DNA of 64,000 nt from the human T2T-CHM13v2.0 reference genome, Homo sapiens: assembly GCF_009914755.1 (NCBI RefSeq), contig NC_060939.1, one strand, 5' to 3'. Within the stretch, counting starts at the first letter, position 1. Every line of letters begins with the position of its first letter. Below, one piece after another: positions 35,101 to 54,490 of the stretch. A model generated the notes under the pieces. The model had not been told where the DNA came from and made no database searches. It saw only the letters and a list, made by a program, of their open reading frames with translations. A program made the translations under genes and the position numbers.

Positions 35101-38100
35101 TATCTTGAATGAAATGATAGCCATATAGTAAAATTGATAAAATGAATTTATAGAGTTATGAGGTAAGGCAATCAGATTCATAATGACTGTGCAAATGTTT
35201 TATTAATAGGGTTAATATTTAAGCCATCTGTCGTCATTTAAGTGGAATGAGCAAATGTTAGTTCCTTAGATCTGTTGGCTCAGCCTTTCTGAAAAGATAT
35301 AATAACAGATTGGTCCATTTTATGTATTTTATGTCTGAATATAATTTAGTCTACTAATAAGTAGACTAATTTGAAAGGTGATGTTAATTGCAGGTTGCTT
35401 TTAAAGTTTTACCATGTTTTTCAGATTTCAAGGATTTCTCAGACATGCCCTAATTGGTTGAACCTGACAACTTCTTAGACTTTTTTTTTTTCCTTTCAAA
35501 GGGAAAAAAATCCTTTTTTTATAGGAGGAACTTAAAATAATTGCCCTACTTAGAAATTAAGAAATAGAATGTGAAGTTTGTACTTGAAATGAACTTTTAA
35601 ATGTGGATTCAACATAAGATATATTTTGGATCTTCTCAACAGTGTTCTTTTTTCTTTCATATTCCTAGTGCCTACATAATACCAAGTATATGATAGATGC
35701 TCAGTAAATGTTTGAATGTATGGTGTGGTAATTTTCCTTATGATAATGTGTTAATTATTAAATGATAGCTATTATTTATCATTTGCTTTGGTGTATTTTT
35801 TACAAGAGCCCTATGAAGCAAATATTATTATACCCATTTTATAGATAAGTGAACTGAAACTCAGGTTCAGTGGCTTTCCCAGGAACACAAAGATAAGTTG
35901 AAAAGAAAGAATTTAGACACTCCTTTTCTTGTCTGTAAAATCTGTGCTTCTAAGCTCTATGCTGTTTGCCTTAAAACTGTTAATATCTTATATGGAATGT
36001 AGCAATTCAATTATGTGGATGAAGAATTTTGAGATTAACACACAGGATAAAAATAACAAAAATAACAGTTTTTTAATTTGTTTTTAAGGAAAATTTAAAA
36101 TAGTAAAATAGTTCTTTGTATGCTTGATAATTTTTTATTGCAGGCCTAATGTTGTGAATTTTACTTTGTTGGGTACAGGGTATCTTTCTATTTCTGTATT
36201 TCTGAGCTTTTTTTTTTTTTTTTTTTTTTCCAGATAAGTTATTTGGAAACAGTTTGATCCTTTCAAGTTTTGCTTTTAAGCTTTGTCAGCTGGGACAAGA
36301 GTGGCTGGGACTAGGGCTAATTTTTCCCACTTCTGAGGCAAAGCTCTTGAATATTCTACTCAATGTAAATTGTTTTCTCTACTAAGAACAGGCACTATTC
36401 CCTGTCCTGTGTGAGCTCTGGGGCTTATTCCCTTAAATTCTTTCAGGTGGTCCTTTCCCCACCCTCTGGCAGTTTCCTTACGCATATATATATGTTGATC
36501 AGTACTCAGCTGAAGCAGAGGAGGAGGTTCTGCAAGTGTCTGGAGTTCTTCCCTTCGTACAGGTCTCTCTTCTCTGGTGTTTTGTCTTGCAAACTGTAGC
36601 TGCACTGACCTCCTAGGACTCGAAGCTTCATCTCCTCAACTCAATTATCACCAGGCTCTGCCTGGGTTTATCATCCTTGCACTCTGACCTGGAAACTCGT
36701 GCCAAGAAGTAACCTGGGGCAGTGGTAAGGGCTCACTTCCTTCATTTTCTGTCATTTCTCAGGAATTACATCCTTTATTACGTGATACCTATTGACTTGA
36801 GAGCTGTTGCTTCCTTTGATTTGTTCAGTTTTTTATTTCATTTAGGAGGTATGAAATAACCTGTTAAGGAGGTACTTGTTAATTCCCGTTGGCCAGAAGA
36901 GGAAGTCTATAGTGAGTCTTTTGATTCAGTTCCACTTTGTTTTTCTACTGCAGGTCATCAAACAAAGCATTATTAAATTATCTGCTAAGTACTTGACATT
37001 CAACTAGGCATTAGAGATTCTATGGAACTGTGTGCTTCACACAGTCTTAAAATGTTATGTTACTTGAGTACAGGATTACAAGGATAGGTGGGGCTTGATC
37101 ACTGGAGCCAAGATTCCTCCTGGTGAGCAGACAACTTTCATCAGTCTTTTGGGGTGCTTCTTGAAAATGCAGCTTCATTGTTCCTGTGCTAGGCCTACTG
37201 AATCAACTTCTGGGGTGGCTCTCTAATTGATTCTATGAGTTGTAATCAGTCTTCATGGCCCAATTCTGAAGAAAGGGTGGCAGGGAAGAGGGGACAATTC
37301 ACTAAGTGGTACTGATACTATATGGAACTTTCAATTTACAAAGTATTTTCATAAACCTTTTTCCATTTAATTCTCACATTAAGACTTCCTGGGTCTCATT
37401 ACCATCTTATAGACAAAAAGCTGAGGCCTAATTAGGGTAAATAGTTTGCCAAAGGGTAACATAGGAAGTGGAAGAACGAATTCTAAAACTCAGGTTTTCC
37501 TCAAGCCATTGCTTCTTCTGCCATACACCGACACTTACTGCATTAGTTATCTTCTCATATGCAGATGTAGGAGTATCATCAAGAGTTATTATCCTTTCAT
37601 GTAGCATGCTTTTTTTGAAGAGTTAACAGGTAACATTTTGTATTAGGATTAAGATAGGCTCTGAGTGACATATAACAGTGGATTAAATAAGATGAAAGTT
37701 TATGATTTTCCGCATAAAAGTCCACAGCTGGTGTGGCACTATAGTGATAGGTACTGAGGCTCCTTCTTTGTTCTCTGCTGTGCATGGCCATGGTCTCACA
37801 GTCTGAGATAGAATCAGTATCCTAGACAGCTTGTGGAGGAGGGGATAAAGAAATGGACAAAGGTATATGATTGCTGTCTCTTAAGGAAGTTTCCTGTAAG
37901 CCACCATGACACTTTCCTAGAGCACAGTGGCCAGAACTTAGACCTGTGGCCATCCTAGCTGCACGGGCAGCTGGTATATATGGTCTGTATTCCACAAGTT
38001 CATATGTCTAGCTAAAAAAACTAAGGGTTCTATTACCCCATAAGAAGGAAAAATGGATATTGGAGGGTAACTGGCAGTCTGCCACACAGTTCTCTTCTGA

Positions 38101-38361
38101 TCTAGAGACTGCTAAGAAATGAAGACTTATTCTTTGAGCCCCTGGTTGGAATAACAAAAACAACTACTTAATGAGTAATTATTGTATGTTAATACCTAGA
38201 ACACTGCTTGGCAGATGCCCCCAAAATATTAATTGAAGGAATGAAGGCCAGACATTCTGCTAAGCATCTGATCTCACATACCATTTAATCTTTCAGATGA
38301 TCCTATAAGGTAGTATTACAATTTTTATTTTACATTTTACAGATGCGGTAATTAAATATAC

Positions 38362-38673
<312 letters not shown>

Positions 38674-39961
38674 TAATTAAATATGCTTCTAAATGGCAAA
38701 ACTGGAATTTGATCCTAGCTGTAATTCCAGATATTGTCTTTTATAAAGTAGTAGTCATTAGTGCTGTTCACCAAATATGCTCAGATTGTATATTCCTGGC
38801 CTCTTGAAGTTAAGTTTTTTATATGACTGGTTTTGGCCAATGAAATGTGAGCAGAACCAACTGTCATGGGCAGAAGCTTTAAGAACCAGTGCATGATTCA
38901 TCTTATTCTTTTTCTTTGCCAGTGTTGCAGATATTGGCTTCTCTCTTAGCCTAGGTCCTACAGTGAAAACATAGGCAGTGTGAGGTAGAGTGTGAAGACA
39001 GGTAGAATAAGGGTGGATAGGTAATGTAAGTGAGAAACCTTTGCTTTTGGGGGTTAATTTCTGCAGCATACTGTAAGCTACACCTGACTGATATGGAAAT
39101 TTTTTTTTCTTTTGGTTATGTTTAATTGAATTATGTCATGTACATTGTAGAGTGCATGGGCTTTTGAGGAAGAACCTTATAACTGATGTTCTAACATTTT
39201 TTTTCTATGACAAAATTATTAGTTGTTCTAAAGCATTAGTTTATAAATGTTTCCAACTTGGGACCAGTCTTTGTTCTCTTTCTTCAGTAAACAAAATCTT
39301 AATTTTATTGTGTAACAGACATAGTTTTCATAGAGGCTATGGATTGTTTATGAAACATGATTTAAGGTAGAATTTATTTGGACAAATAACTGAAGTTTTT
39401 TTCAGCTTAGTGGTTTAAGGAGTCTAAGAAGTTACAGTTTAGAATGAGGCCCAAGAGTATTAAAATTCATTCATTTTTAGGATTTATTCTTTATCCACTA
39501 TGTGCCAGACACTATGCAAGGCTCTGTTTAGAGATGGTTAAAGCATCTCTACTTAAAGAGCTAGCCAATTAAGCTCAAGTACCTGCTTATTTCAATATAG
39601 GTGTTTTTGACTTCACAAATGACAGCACTGTATCTGAGAAATAAAGTAAGGTGTTTCCTTAACTCAAATTTGAAATATAATTTGATTACTGGAACTGTTA
39701 TGAGCTTAAGTGTGCTTTGTGAATGAATAGAAGAGCATGCCTATGAAGATACCAAAGGTGAGTGAGAGTTGCAGAGACCTAGGATAGGTTTGATAATGGG
39801 AAGTACCACTTTCTGGTATAGTTAGTGATTTTTATCAGATTTAGTAGTCTGGGAAATGTTTAAAGGATACTTTAAACATGTGGGAGAAATGTTGTGGGAG
39901 TATTTGTTATAGAAATAACCAGAGTGGCCTTGACTGGTAATTTCAAAGACATAAGGAACTT

Positions 39962-40079
39962 ATTCTTCTGTTACATGGAAAGTGTTTTGAGTAAATGTAG
40001 TCTATTTATGGCTACTGATAATTCTTCTGTTACATGGAAAGTGTTTTGAGTAAATGTAGTCTATTTATGGCTACTGATA
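39962..40079. repeat. Perfect 2 x 59-bp tandem duplication
   Basis: 39962-40020 is identical to 40021-40079. Confidence 0.95.
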
Positions 40080-41039
40080 GAGGTGATGAAGTTAATTCTA
40101 GTAATTGGGTTTAAAAAGACTGGATAATTTCATGATCAATAATCTTAGGGATATGTGGTAAAAGGGGAATTACATCTCATGCTTTGATACATGAGATAAT
40201 TTTTGTACATTGTAAAAGAAAAAGTTCTCTATATATATGATTACTTTTTTGGTGGTGGGGAAGGTCTGCGTGTTATTGCTATTGTTTTTTTTTTATTGTT
40301 ACAGTTAAAACTTTGTATTTCTGTGAAACACCAAAAAATGCTGAATTTTATTGTCTGGTAATTGGTATTTGGCAGGACCACTTTTATTAGCATAATACAC
40401 TCTACAAGTTTGTTGAAATAATTTATGAGACTCTTGCTACCAAGAGTCAGTGGGAAGGCAGTTGATAGCCTACTTAGCAATTTTGCACATTTTTCATATT
40501 TTATAGTGCATAAAATAGCAACTTGAGCCAATATATAAAGCTGTGACACTTTTTGAGGGGTCTTAAAAGCAGAAAACAAAACCCCTGATCTAGTACATAA
40601 TTTAATTCATCACAATCTGAATAATACTATTTTCACCTTTCATGTAGATATAATTTAGGGTAAGCACATTTGGAATACTTTTCTGTATTTTCATACTCTT
40701 TTGACTTTTTTCTACCTGATGTTAGATTTTTCTTATAGTACTGACTTGCACAAACACATGCATGTAAATTTTGAGAAGATTCTCTGTTTAACCAATATAT
40801 AGGTTGTGCTATTGTTATTTAACTGATGTATAAGCTTGTGATAGGGAGGTTCCAAATAAAGCTGTGTGTGCTGCTGTGTTGATGGCAACATACTGCCATA
40901 GGCGGAGGTCATATTGATGTCAATGTTAAGCTACGTTTAGATTGGCAACTGGAACGAAGAGAAGATGTAAACTTTATGTATGTTCTCTGTGACCCCTTAA
41001 CATTAATGTCTTCTGTTATGATTTGGTCATTAGAGATAA

Positions 41040-41370
<331 letters not shown>

Positions 41371-41744
41371 AACATTTTTCTTTAAGCTTTCCATATTGTG
41401 TTAATGTGAACATGCCAGTAGTATAAAGTTATCAGTCATTAAAGGTATTTCCCAAGGGCCAGAAATAAGCAATTTTTTTTTCTCAGATACCTGGATTATG
41501 TTAGGTGTTATGATATTGGAATGTCTCGGTAGAATTAGGACATTATATTCAAATCCTAAATACAGTATCGTTGTCCTTTGTGGTAAGCTGAATGCTTTTC
41601 TTAACCTTGATTCTACCTAGTCGACAAAGAACATGGAAGCCTCTAACAACTTGTATTCTAAAGCATTTCAAACATAATCAAAGGTAGACAGAATAATATA
41701 GTGATACACGTATGCATCATCTAGCTTTAAGAATTACCAACTCG

Positions 41745-42048
41745 GGCCAGGTGCGGTGGCTCACGCCTGTAATCCCAGCACTTTGGGAGGCCGAGGCAGG
41801 CGGATCATGAGGTCAGGAGATTGAGACCATCCTGGCTAACACGGTGAAACCGCATCTCCACTAAAAATACAAAAAATTAGCCGGGCATGGTAGCGGGCAC
41901 CTGTAGTCACAGCTACTCCAGAGGCTGAGGCAGGAGAATGGCGTGGACCTGGGAGGCGGAGCTTGCCCTGAGCCGAGATCGTGCCATTGCACTCCAGCCT
42001 GGGCAACAGAGTGAGACTCCGTCTCAAAAAAAAAAAAAAAAAAAAAAA
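41745..42048 (+). mobile_element. AluY
   Basis: Y diagnostics (accatcctggctaacacgg, gaatggcgtg); aattacca on both flanks. Confidence 0.9.
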
Positions 42049-42679
42049 TTACCACTTACAGCTAGTCTAATTTCATCTACACCCTATCCACTTCCTTCTC
42101 ATCATGTTATTTTGAAGCAAATCCCAGACATGATATCATTTCATCAGTAATTATTTCGGTTCATATCTCTAAAAGAAAAAGGACTTTAAAAAAGCATAAC
42201 CATAATACCCCAAAGTTAACAATTTCATAATATTATCAGTGTTCAAATTTCAAGTAGTCTTACAAGTGTCATAATTCTTTTAAACATGGCCAAAAATTGT
42301 GATTGATTGGTGTATCTTTTAATTTTTAGGTTTCTCTGCAGTATTTCCTTGACCTCACCTCTCTCTCTTCCTTGCGGTTTAAGAAATCAGGTTGTTCTAC
42401 AGAGTTTCTCAGTCTGGATTTTGCTGACCGCCATCTCTGTGGTGCAGTTTAATGTGATCCTTTGTGCTCTGTATTTCTTGTGAACTGGTCATTGAATCTA
42501 GAGGCTTTGTCAAATTCAGGTTGGATTTTCTTGTATTTTCTTTATATATCATCTAGAATATTTCTGTAAAGAAAAACATCCCCTTATCTATTAGAGGTTA
42601 CCCGGTGGTTGGTTTTTATAGCAGAGCTAGGATAAATTCTTGATGCTTTCTCTTCATTTACCACTTAAAAAATGAGTTA

Positions 42680-42964
42680 AGCTGGGCGCTGTGCTTCACA
42701 CCTGTAATTCTAGCACTTTGGGAGGCCCAGGTGGGTGAATCACTTGAGGTCAAGAATTTGAGACCAGCTAGGCCAACATAGTGAAACCCCATCTCTACTA
42801 AAAATACAAAACTTAGCTGGGTATGGTGGCGCATGCCTGTAGTCCCAGCTACTTGGGATGCTGAGGCAGGAGAATCACTTGAACCCACGAGACAGAGGTT
42901 TCAGTGAGCCAAGATCGTGCCACTGCACTCCAGCCTGGGTGACAGGAAAAGGAAAAAAAAAAAA
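42680..42964 (+). mobile_element. AluS
   Basis: Dimer with shortened 3' end. Confidence 0.85.
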
Positions 42965-43985
42965 GAGTTGGTTCCCTAGACTCCTTCGGTGTTGGAGGAT
43001 GTTTTTGTTTTTAACTAGAAGCTTTTAAGATCTTCTTCTATCCATGGAATTCAGGAATTTAATCAGGATATGTCTACTTATTGATTTTTTAAAACCCCCA
43101 TCCCCATTAATGCCTGGAACTTAAACCGTTTGTATCTTCAGTCTCACTTCTTTCTGCAGTTGTAGAATATTTCATTCTATTATTTTTTCAATCAGTTCCT
43201 TTCCTCAGTCTTTTTTTCTCCCTCTACTTTAGACCCTCTCACTAACATTTTTTCTCCTGGATCTGAATCTTTGCTCCGTGTATCTTGTTACACATGATTT
43301 CTTTCTCCTAGTTTTGCTCTATTTTTCTCCTGCTTGCTCTTTTAAACTATTAATTTGGCCTCAATAGTGTCCATCCAATTCTTCAATTAGCTATTGAAAT
43401 TTGTATTCATAAAATAGTTTTAGCTTCAAGATTCTCAAGTGTGAATAATAATTATATTTATCATTATTTAATAAGAAATACAGAAATATATATTTATTAT
43501 TATTACAGTTATTATTTAGTTCAAGCTGTTGTCAGTCTCCTCTAGCAGCTTGTTCCCCCGGGAGCCTCGTGTTTTGGGTTTTCTATTGTTCTTCATTGCT
43601 TTAGCCCATTGGGTATGTAGCTATTTTCCTTTGTCTAACTTATGGGTCTTTTCACTCCTGGGTGTCATCTCCAAGAGCGGACACTTTAAGGTGCTGAGTG
43701 TTGGGAGATGCAGAAGTCACAGTGCTGTGGGCCTCCTGTAGAGAAGTAGGAAGGATTGAGTTAAGTTGGCCAACTCCTTTGTGACTCCTTGGAGGTTGAG
43801 AGACCGCTAGGAACTTCAGAGCACATAGTCTGGTCTGCCCATCTTCATGAGGTCCACCAATTTCTAGGGACTAGGCTCTCTCACAAGAACTGCAGCATTG
43901 TCTTTGCCTCAGGGCTCCTTGCTTAGTACCTCCTTTCTCCTGTAGGGGGAAAACGTCCTACTAGCTCTTTTTTTGTGGACCCTGA

Positions 43986-44414
<429 letters not shown>

Positions 44415-44914
44415 TGAAGCTACCATTTTTTCTTGAACCCCTTGGAAGTTCTTAAAATGGATATTTTCTAACTATATGAGCACATTATGTAGACCTTTTG
44501 GATGAGGGATTGCAACAGACATCTGAAAAATCATAAGCCTGGAATTCTCCTCCCCCAGCTACCTGGTTAACTTTCATACCTTTGGTCTTTGCTCAAGCCT
44601 CACCTTCTCAGATGCCTACCTTAACCTCTCTATTTATATTGTAACATCTGTGTCCTGTCTTTGCACTTTGATTCCACTTGTCCTGCTCTATTTCTTCCCT
44701 AGCTCTTAGCATTATCTCATATACTAGATAATTTTTTTATTTGCTATGTTCAGTGATGTGCCTAGAACATCTGACACCTAGAATGAATATTTTTTTAACA
44801 TCTTCTTCCCCTGAATGATAAAATTATTTTCTGAAATAATCAAGTTAAATGAAAAATATTATGCAGCGGACATTCTCTCTTACTGAGTTTTGTTATAATA
44901 ATTATGCCAAATAA

Positions 44915-45291
<377 letters not shown>

Positions 45292-45413
45292 ACCAATTGT
45301 TTTTATATCTAGTTAACTGTTTGAACTTGGATTCTGCAGTTACAGACTGATATTTTATGAAATTGTTCATTAACTAATAAGTGAAGTTTTTTTAAGTAAA
45401 ATTAAGCATTTCC

Positions 45414-45789
<376 letters not shown>

Positions 45790-46871
45790 TTAACGTTCTT
45801 TAGTTTCAAAACACTTAATTTGAAGAGAATAAATTTCAATGTTAAAGATATTGTTCAAATTTAGTAAAATATTTTGTGAACTAAAATTTGCACTTATTAA
45901 ATAAGTTACATCTTGCTATTTACACTTGCAACAGTGTTTTAAATTTTAGACAAATACCAAAAGGTCCCATAAAAATGACAGAATTGGAGTGCCTCAAGTT
46001 GTTTCTTGGTCTTTACAATCACTGTGCTATCTTTGTTTTATTTTGAATCTATCATTTAAATGCACAAGAATGTAGTACCACAGGGAGGGAAAAGCCAACT
46101 GCATCCTAAGAAAGGGTTGGATTAAGAACTTCATGTTAAGCAGTCTTCAGGTTTAAGAAAGCCTGGTGCACTGCTTTTGAAACAAGTGTATGTGCCTAAG
46201 TTTGCATGGATGGGGGTTAGCTGTAACTGGGAGTTTCCCCAATGAACTTATATGTAGACAACAATTTAAGAATAAATAACAAATCTGATATTTTGAAGCT
46301 TACATATATATTATTTAAACTCAGCAGTAACTGCAGTAATTATTTGGAACTTAGACCAACAAAATGTTTTTTTCAGGAAGGAGTATTTTTATCACTGACA
46401 TTGATTAGAATTACTGGCACATGGTGGTAATAAACTGATTTTAGTCAGCTTTTTAATTGTTTATAAATTCTCTACAGACCAAGCATTGCTTTATTGCCAG
46501 CACCTGCAGTGTACTGCTCCCAACATCCCACCTTTGGTATGTCACTAATTATATTTGTTGTGTATTGTCTGTACTCTTGCTCTGCATCACCATTTCACAC
46601 TTGCTCCATTAGGATTAGGATCTGTGTTTTGTTCAGTGATACTGCAATCATATATTTGTTGAATGAAGAATTAATGAAGTTCAAGTTCAGAGACTTTCTA
46701 TGTCTTTTTTCTTCTCCATATTATAAGAGGGATCAGTACATAGTGGATACTTTGCTATTGTTAACTCACTGACTTAAATGCTTGGCATATAGTCTCTTTG
46801 GACTCTTGCATTTCTTGAAAAATTTGGAATTTTGATTGGGATTGGATAGATCAACTTGGAGAATTAGTGTC

Positions 46872-47340
46872 TGTACTAATTTCTTAGTGCTGCTGTAACA
46901 AGCTATAAACTTAGTGGCTTAAAACAACGCAAACATTAGCTTATAGTTCTAGAGGTCAGAAATTTGAAATGGGTTTATTGAGCTAAAATCAAAGTGTCAG
47001 GAGGACTGCATTCCTTCTGGAGGCTCAAGAATCTTTTTTTTTTTTCCTGGCCTTCTCTAACACGTAGAGGTTGCCTGCATTCCTTAGTTTGTTACCCACC
47101 TTCCATCCTCAATGCCAGCAATCACATTCCTTCTGACTCTTTCTGCCTCCCTCTTTCTCTTGTAAGGATGCTTCTGATTACAATAGGTTCACCTGGATAA
47201 TTCAGGGCTATCCCTCCAGCTCAAGATATTTTAACTTAATCACATATGCAAAATCCCTTTGCTATGTAAGATAACATATTACAGGTTCCGGGTATTAGGA
47301 CATAGACATCTTTAGGGGGACCGTTGTTCTGCCTATTACA
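46872..47340 (-). mobile_element. MLT1 solo LTR inserted in an L1M
   Basis: TG...CA ends; cttagtggcttaaaacaac, ttaacttaatcacat and taacatattacaggttccgggtattagg motifs. Confidence 0.8.
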
Positions 47341-49640
<2,300 letters not shown>

Positions 49641-49669
49641 ATATGGTGCCTTCATTTAAAAGTTCTTAT

Positions 49670-50790
49670 TTACTTAACCATCCAACAAAATATTGGGTGT
49701 CTATTGTGTGCCAGGTACTATCCTAGGCATTTGAATATAACAGTGTCCAAAACGGGGAAAAAAAAATCTCTATCTTCATGGAGCTTAATTTCTGCTCAGG
49801 GAAGACTAGTAACAAGTAAATATAACAAAGTGGTAAGAGCTATGGATAAAAATAAAGCTGGAGAAGGGAATAGGAGTAGTGTGGTTTAGATAACATGGGG
49901 GAGTTTTCAGATGGATGGTTAGGAAAAGTTTTACCTGAAAACATGATATTTAAGCTAAGGTTTGAAGATGGAGTGAGTCGTGGTATCTAGAAGAAGAGAA
50001 TTTCAGATAGAACAGCAATTGTAGAAGCCCTGAGGTTTATAATAATCAGTGTGCCTAGTGGGTTCAGGGAGCAGGAAGGAGGCTAGTGTGGCTGATGAGA
50101 GTGCACAGTAGGTGGGTGCTACAGGACAAGAGCAGAGAGGCAGTGGAGGGCCTAGACCGTGGAGTGCGTTGCAGGAGCTTCTGAATGAGATAGGGAGCTA
50201 TTGCAGGGCTGTAAGCTGGAAATGACATGATCTGACTTATATTTTTAAAGGATCACTCTGGCTACTGTATTGAGAATAAACTCTGTGTTGGAGAAGGGAA
50301 GCAAGAACAGAAATTGAAAAGCCAGTTAGGAGATTATTATAATAATCCAACTAGAGAGAATGATAATTTAGACAAGACCTATAAGAAGTGGTTGAATTAT
50401 GGATATTTTGAAGATAGACATGAAGGATTTGCTGATGGATTGGATATGGGTGTGAGAAAAGGAGTCAAGAATGATTCCATGGTTTAGCCAAAGAAATGGA
50501 AGGAAAGAATTAATTTCTTAAGTGTTGCATATAGAAACCTGAAAAAGAAGAAAATTATTTTCTGAGGTGAAAATGTTGTGATGTCAAATGTCTACAACAG
50601 CCTAGCACAGGGTAGGTACTTTGTAAATAGTGAATGAGAAGGTTAGGAGTTCAAGTTAGGGGCTGTTAATTTTGAGATAACTATTAAACCTTTACATGGA
50701 GATGTTGATTGGGTGATTAAATGTAGCAATTTGGAGGGCAAGAGAGTAGTCTAAACTGGGGCTCTCCTGGAAGTTGTTGGCTATGATTTG
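49670..50790 (-). mobile_element. L2 fragment
   Basis: ctattgtgtgccaggtactatcctaggc...aaaggatcactctggctact. Confidence 0.75.
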
Positions 50791-51899
50791 AAAAAAAAAT
50801 AATTTGGGAAAAATAGAAATCTTTATAGTGAGTGTTTCTATCCAACAAGAGACATATGTAAGAATGTTCATAACAGTATTATTTGTAGTGAACCTAAACT
50901 GGAAAAAATACCCATCAGCAAACAAACAAACAAACAAAAAAAGGGTGGTATCATCATAGAAGGTATTCAAGAATCATGAAAATGAATACACATGCAACAA
51001 CATTGATGGAGCCAAATGTCAAATAATTCTTTATGATTCCACTCATATAATTAAAACTAAAGTATAGTGTTAGAAGTCAGGATGGGAGATTATTTTAAGG
51101 GAAAAAGAAGCAGATAGTGATTTTAAGACGGCAAACACTAGAGGACCTTCTGGAAATCTGGTAATGTTCTATTTCTTCATCTGGGTGATGTATTTGCTTT
51201 GTCATTGTTCATTGAGCTGTACACTTATATTTCGGATGCTTTTTGGTATATATGTTACATTTCTTAAAACAAAACATTAAACTATCATGTTAACACATTG
51301 CCTTCCAAATAATTCATTGACCAGACTGTAGTTGTGAAAGCTGTACTTGACTCCTAGCTATGCTTCTGGTTCTAACTAGTCATTAAAACACACAGGATAA
51401 TTCATTTAAACTGTGACAAGAAGAGTGTTGTGCCACTGACCAAGTTCCAAATACTGGGAAAGAGGGAGAATTACAACCACTGAAGGAATTAGTGCAGGTC
51501 TTATTGTATCCCCTTTGATATCTAAAATGTTATTCACTTTTTAAGTTTGGAATTTAAAATGAATTAGAGAAAACACAGTAGAAATCTTGGATTTAAATAT
51601 AGCATTAAAACTCCAAACCCCACGTATGAAACTATAAGAGCATTGTTAGTAGAATGCAGTAACCTCATAAAAACATATCTAAGTTGAATTAGGTATGTGT
51701 TAATTATTTTGAACTTTGGGCATTAAGATGAGTCTATAACATCTTATTGTTTATGTAAGGATGTTTACCTTACGGTGTTTATTAAGGATATGAAAGCCAC
51801 CTATATAGTATAGTCACTTAAGACCCAGATCCCACTCTAATGTATCTATCAGTCATGTCCTTCCCTGACATTTTGATTTAATTTCTTCGGTTCCTCACT

Positions 51900-52563
<664 letters not shown>

Positions 52564-52973
52564 TTACATGGCTGAAGAAATTGGGACTGTGAAGTCTTAC
52601 AGCGACTCTGTAAGGTGCTATCTCCATTTTACAGAAAGAATACTGAGGCTCAGAGAGAATAAATTATTTATTAAAATGTAACTAAAAAGTGGTTGGCTCA
52701 GGACCCACAACTCATGATTCTTAATCTGATATTCTTTCTGTTTCAAAATATTGGCTTTTAATTTTATTTTTTAAAAGTCTGGCTGTTAGCCTATATATAT
52801 GGAGAAGCTTAAAGTTGTAAGGGAAGGGTTACAGATTAAATGAATGGAAAAGCAAAGAGAATGCTCGGAGTAGAAAGATCAATATGAGAAAACACTTGGT
52901 CATCAGTATTGTAAGTTTATCAGTTATAGAAATGTATTATCTTTTACATATTTTTCTCCTTCTCCCTTTCAAG

Positions 52974-53063
52974 GTTTTTGATTCCAATGAAGAATCTGGA
53001 TATCTTGTTCTCACCATAGTTATATCAGGTCATTTCTTCATTTTCCAAGGACAGACACTACTG
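52974..53063 (+). CDS. REC114: REC114 coding exon 2 (aa 54-83, 90 nt, phase 0-0)
   Basis: Polypyrimidine tract tttttctccttctccctttcaAG precedes VFDSNEESGYLVLTIVISGHFFIFQGQTLL, followed by CTG|GTAGGT donor. Joins exon 1 in frame (TWK|VFD) as in recalled REC114. Later exons lie beyond the window. Confidence 0.95.
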
Positions 53064-54490
53064 GTAGGTTTTATGCATAACAGTTTAATATGGAAATACA
53101 TCTTTGTCTTCTTAGCTTTACATGAATTTTTGTATCCTCAAGCTTCTTCAGTCTCACTGTAATTCATCAAGGTCAACACATTAAGCATTTATCGAATGTG
53201 CCATAATAGTGGGAAATACAGAAACGTACTGAATATTGCCTGCCCTAAAGGGGTTTAGGATTTTGTTGGGAGTCAGAGTGGATCAAAAGATTGAAATTAA
53301 CCAGTATGATAAAGGATTCTGTAGTAAGGGAGATTGAGTTAAGATAGGCTTGTTAACAAAGACAAGTGTGGAGGGTTTTCCAGATAGGGAAAACAGCATA
53401 TGCAGAGGGATAGATTTGCAGAAATAAAGAAAACAAAAAGGTGTTACTGTTAATTGATAGCGTCCTCTATAAAACTCTAATTTTATGGTGATACATGTGT
53501 TCTTTATTCTGAATATATGTACACTTTAGGAAATTTTGGAATGAAGAAATATGTAAAGAAAATAAGAATCAACTTGGTTGAAAGTTTAGGTTTTATTTGG
53601 TACATAGAAACCAAATGAAAGAAAAAAAACAATTGGTAACTTCCAATCAAAGGAATTGTACAAGAAAGGAACATATAAGGGAAAGTTATTATATCATTTA
53701 GCTGTGAATGGGGTCTACATTGACATAAATTCATACAACAAATATTTACTATCTACATGGGCATAATTTAACAAATATTTATTGAGTAATTGTATATGCT
53801 AGGCATTTTAGGGGATGCTAGGGATATAGCAGTGAACAGTGAAGACAGAAATCTCTTTCATTATGGGATATCATCATTCTAGTGGGGGAAAAACAGCAAT
53901 AAGCAAATAGGTCAAGTACATTTAAAAGACATTAATTCTTTTTGGATCACTTACATGTTCTATCATAATATGGTAGGATCTCACATGTGTATGTTGTGAT
54001 GATTCATATTTCCGCTTAAATATAGCCTTCTCATTGAACGTGAGATGACCTGCAAAGTCATCTTTGTATTCCTCGTGACTTTTAAAACTGCAGCATGCGT
54101 TGTACTATTTTGCTTTATCTGCTACTGTCAGGGTCTGCATCAGTTGCAAGAGATAAAGGTTTCTTCAGCTGCTAATGAGTGTTGCAAATGGTAGACTTGA
54201 AGAATACCTAGTGCACAGTTAGTTCTCCCTGCCAATATCATGGGTCTTTGCTGAATGGTGACATTAATGCAGTTTGGCTTCCTCGGGCATATTAGACCAC
54301 CCCATACTGTGTCTCTGCTCCATCTTTTTGCCCCAGTGGTGACTATTATGAACAAATGGATAGAAATTTCTTTGTATCACACATAGAATGATTTTTGCAC
54401 TGTAGTCACAAAACCAAGTTATCAAATTCCAAGATACCCACTACAGAGAAATGTAAGGATAACTCTGCAATTTGGTGCATGTTGCATATA

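Noticed and set aside
36208-36240. Long T-run plus CAG as a cryptic REC114 acceptor
   Set aside because: Within old L1-like sequence, and no convincing downstream donor seen.
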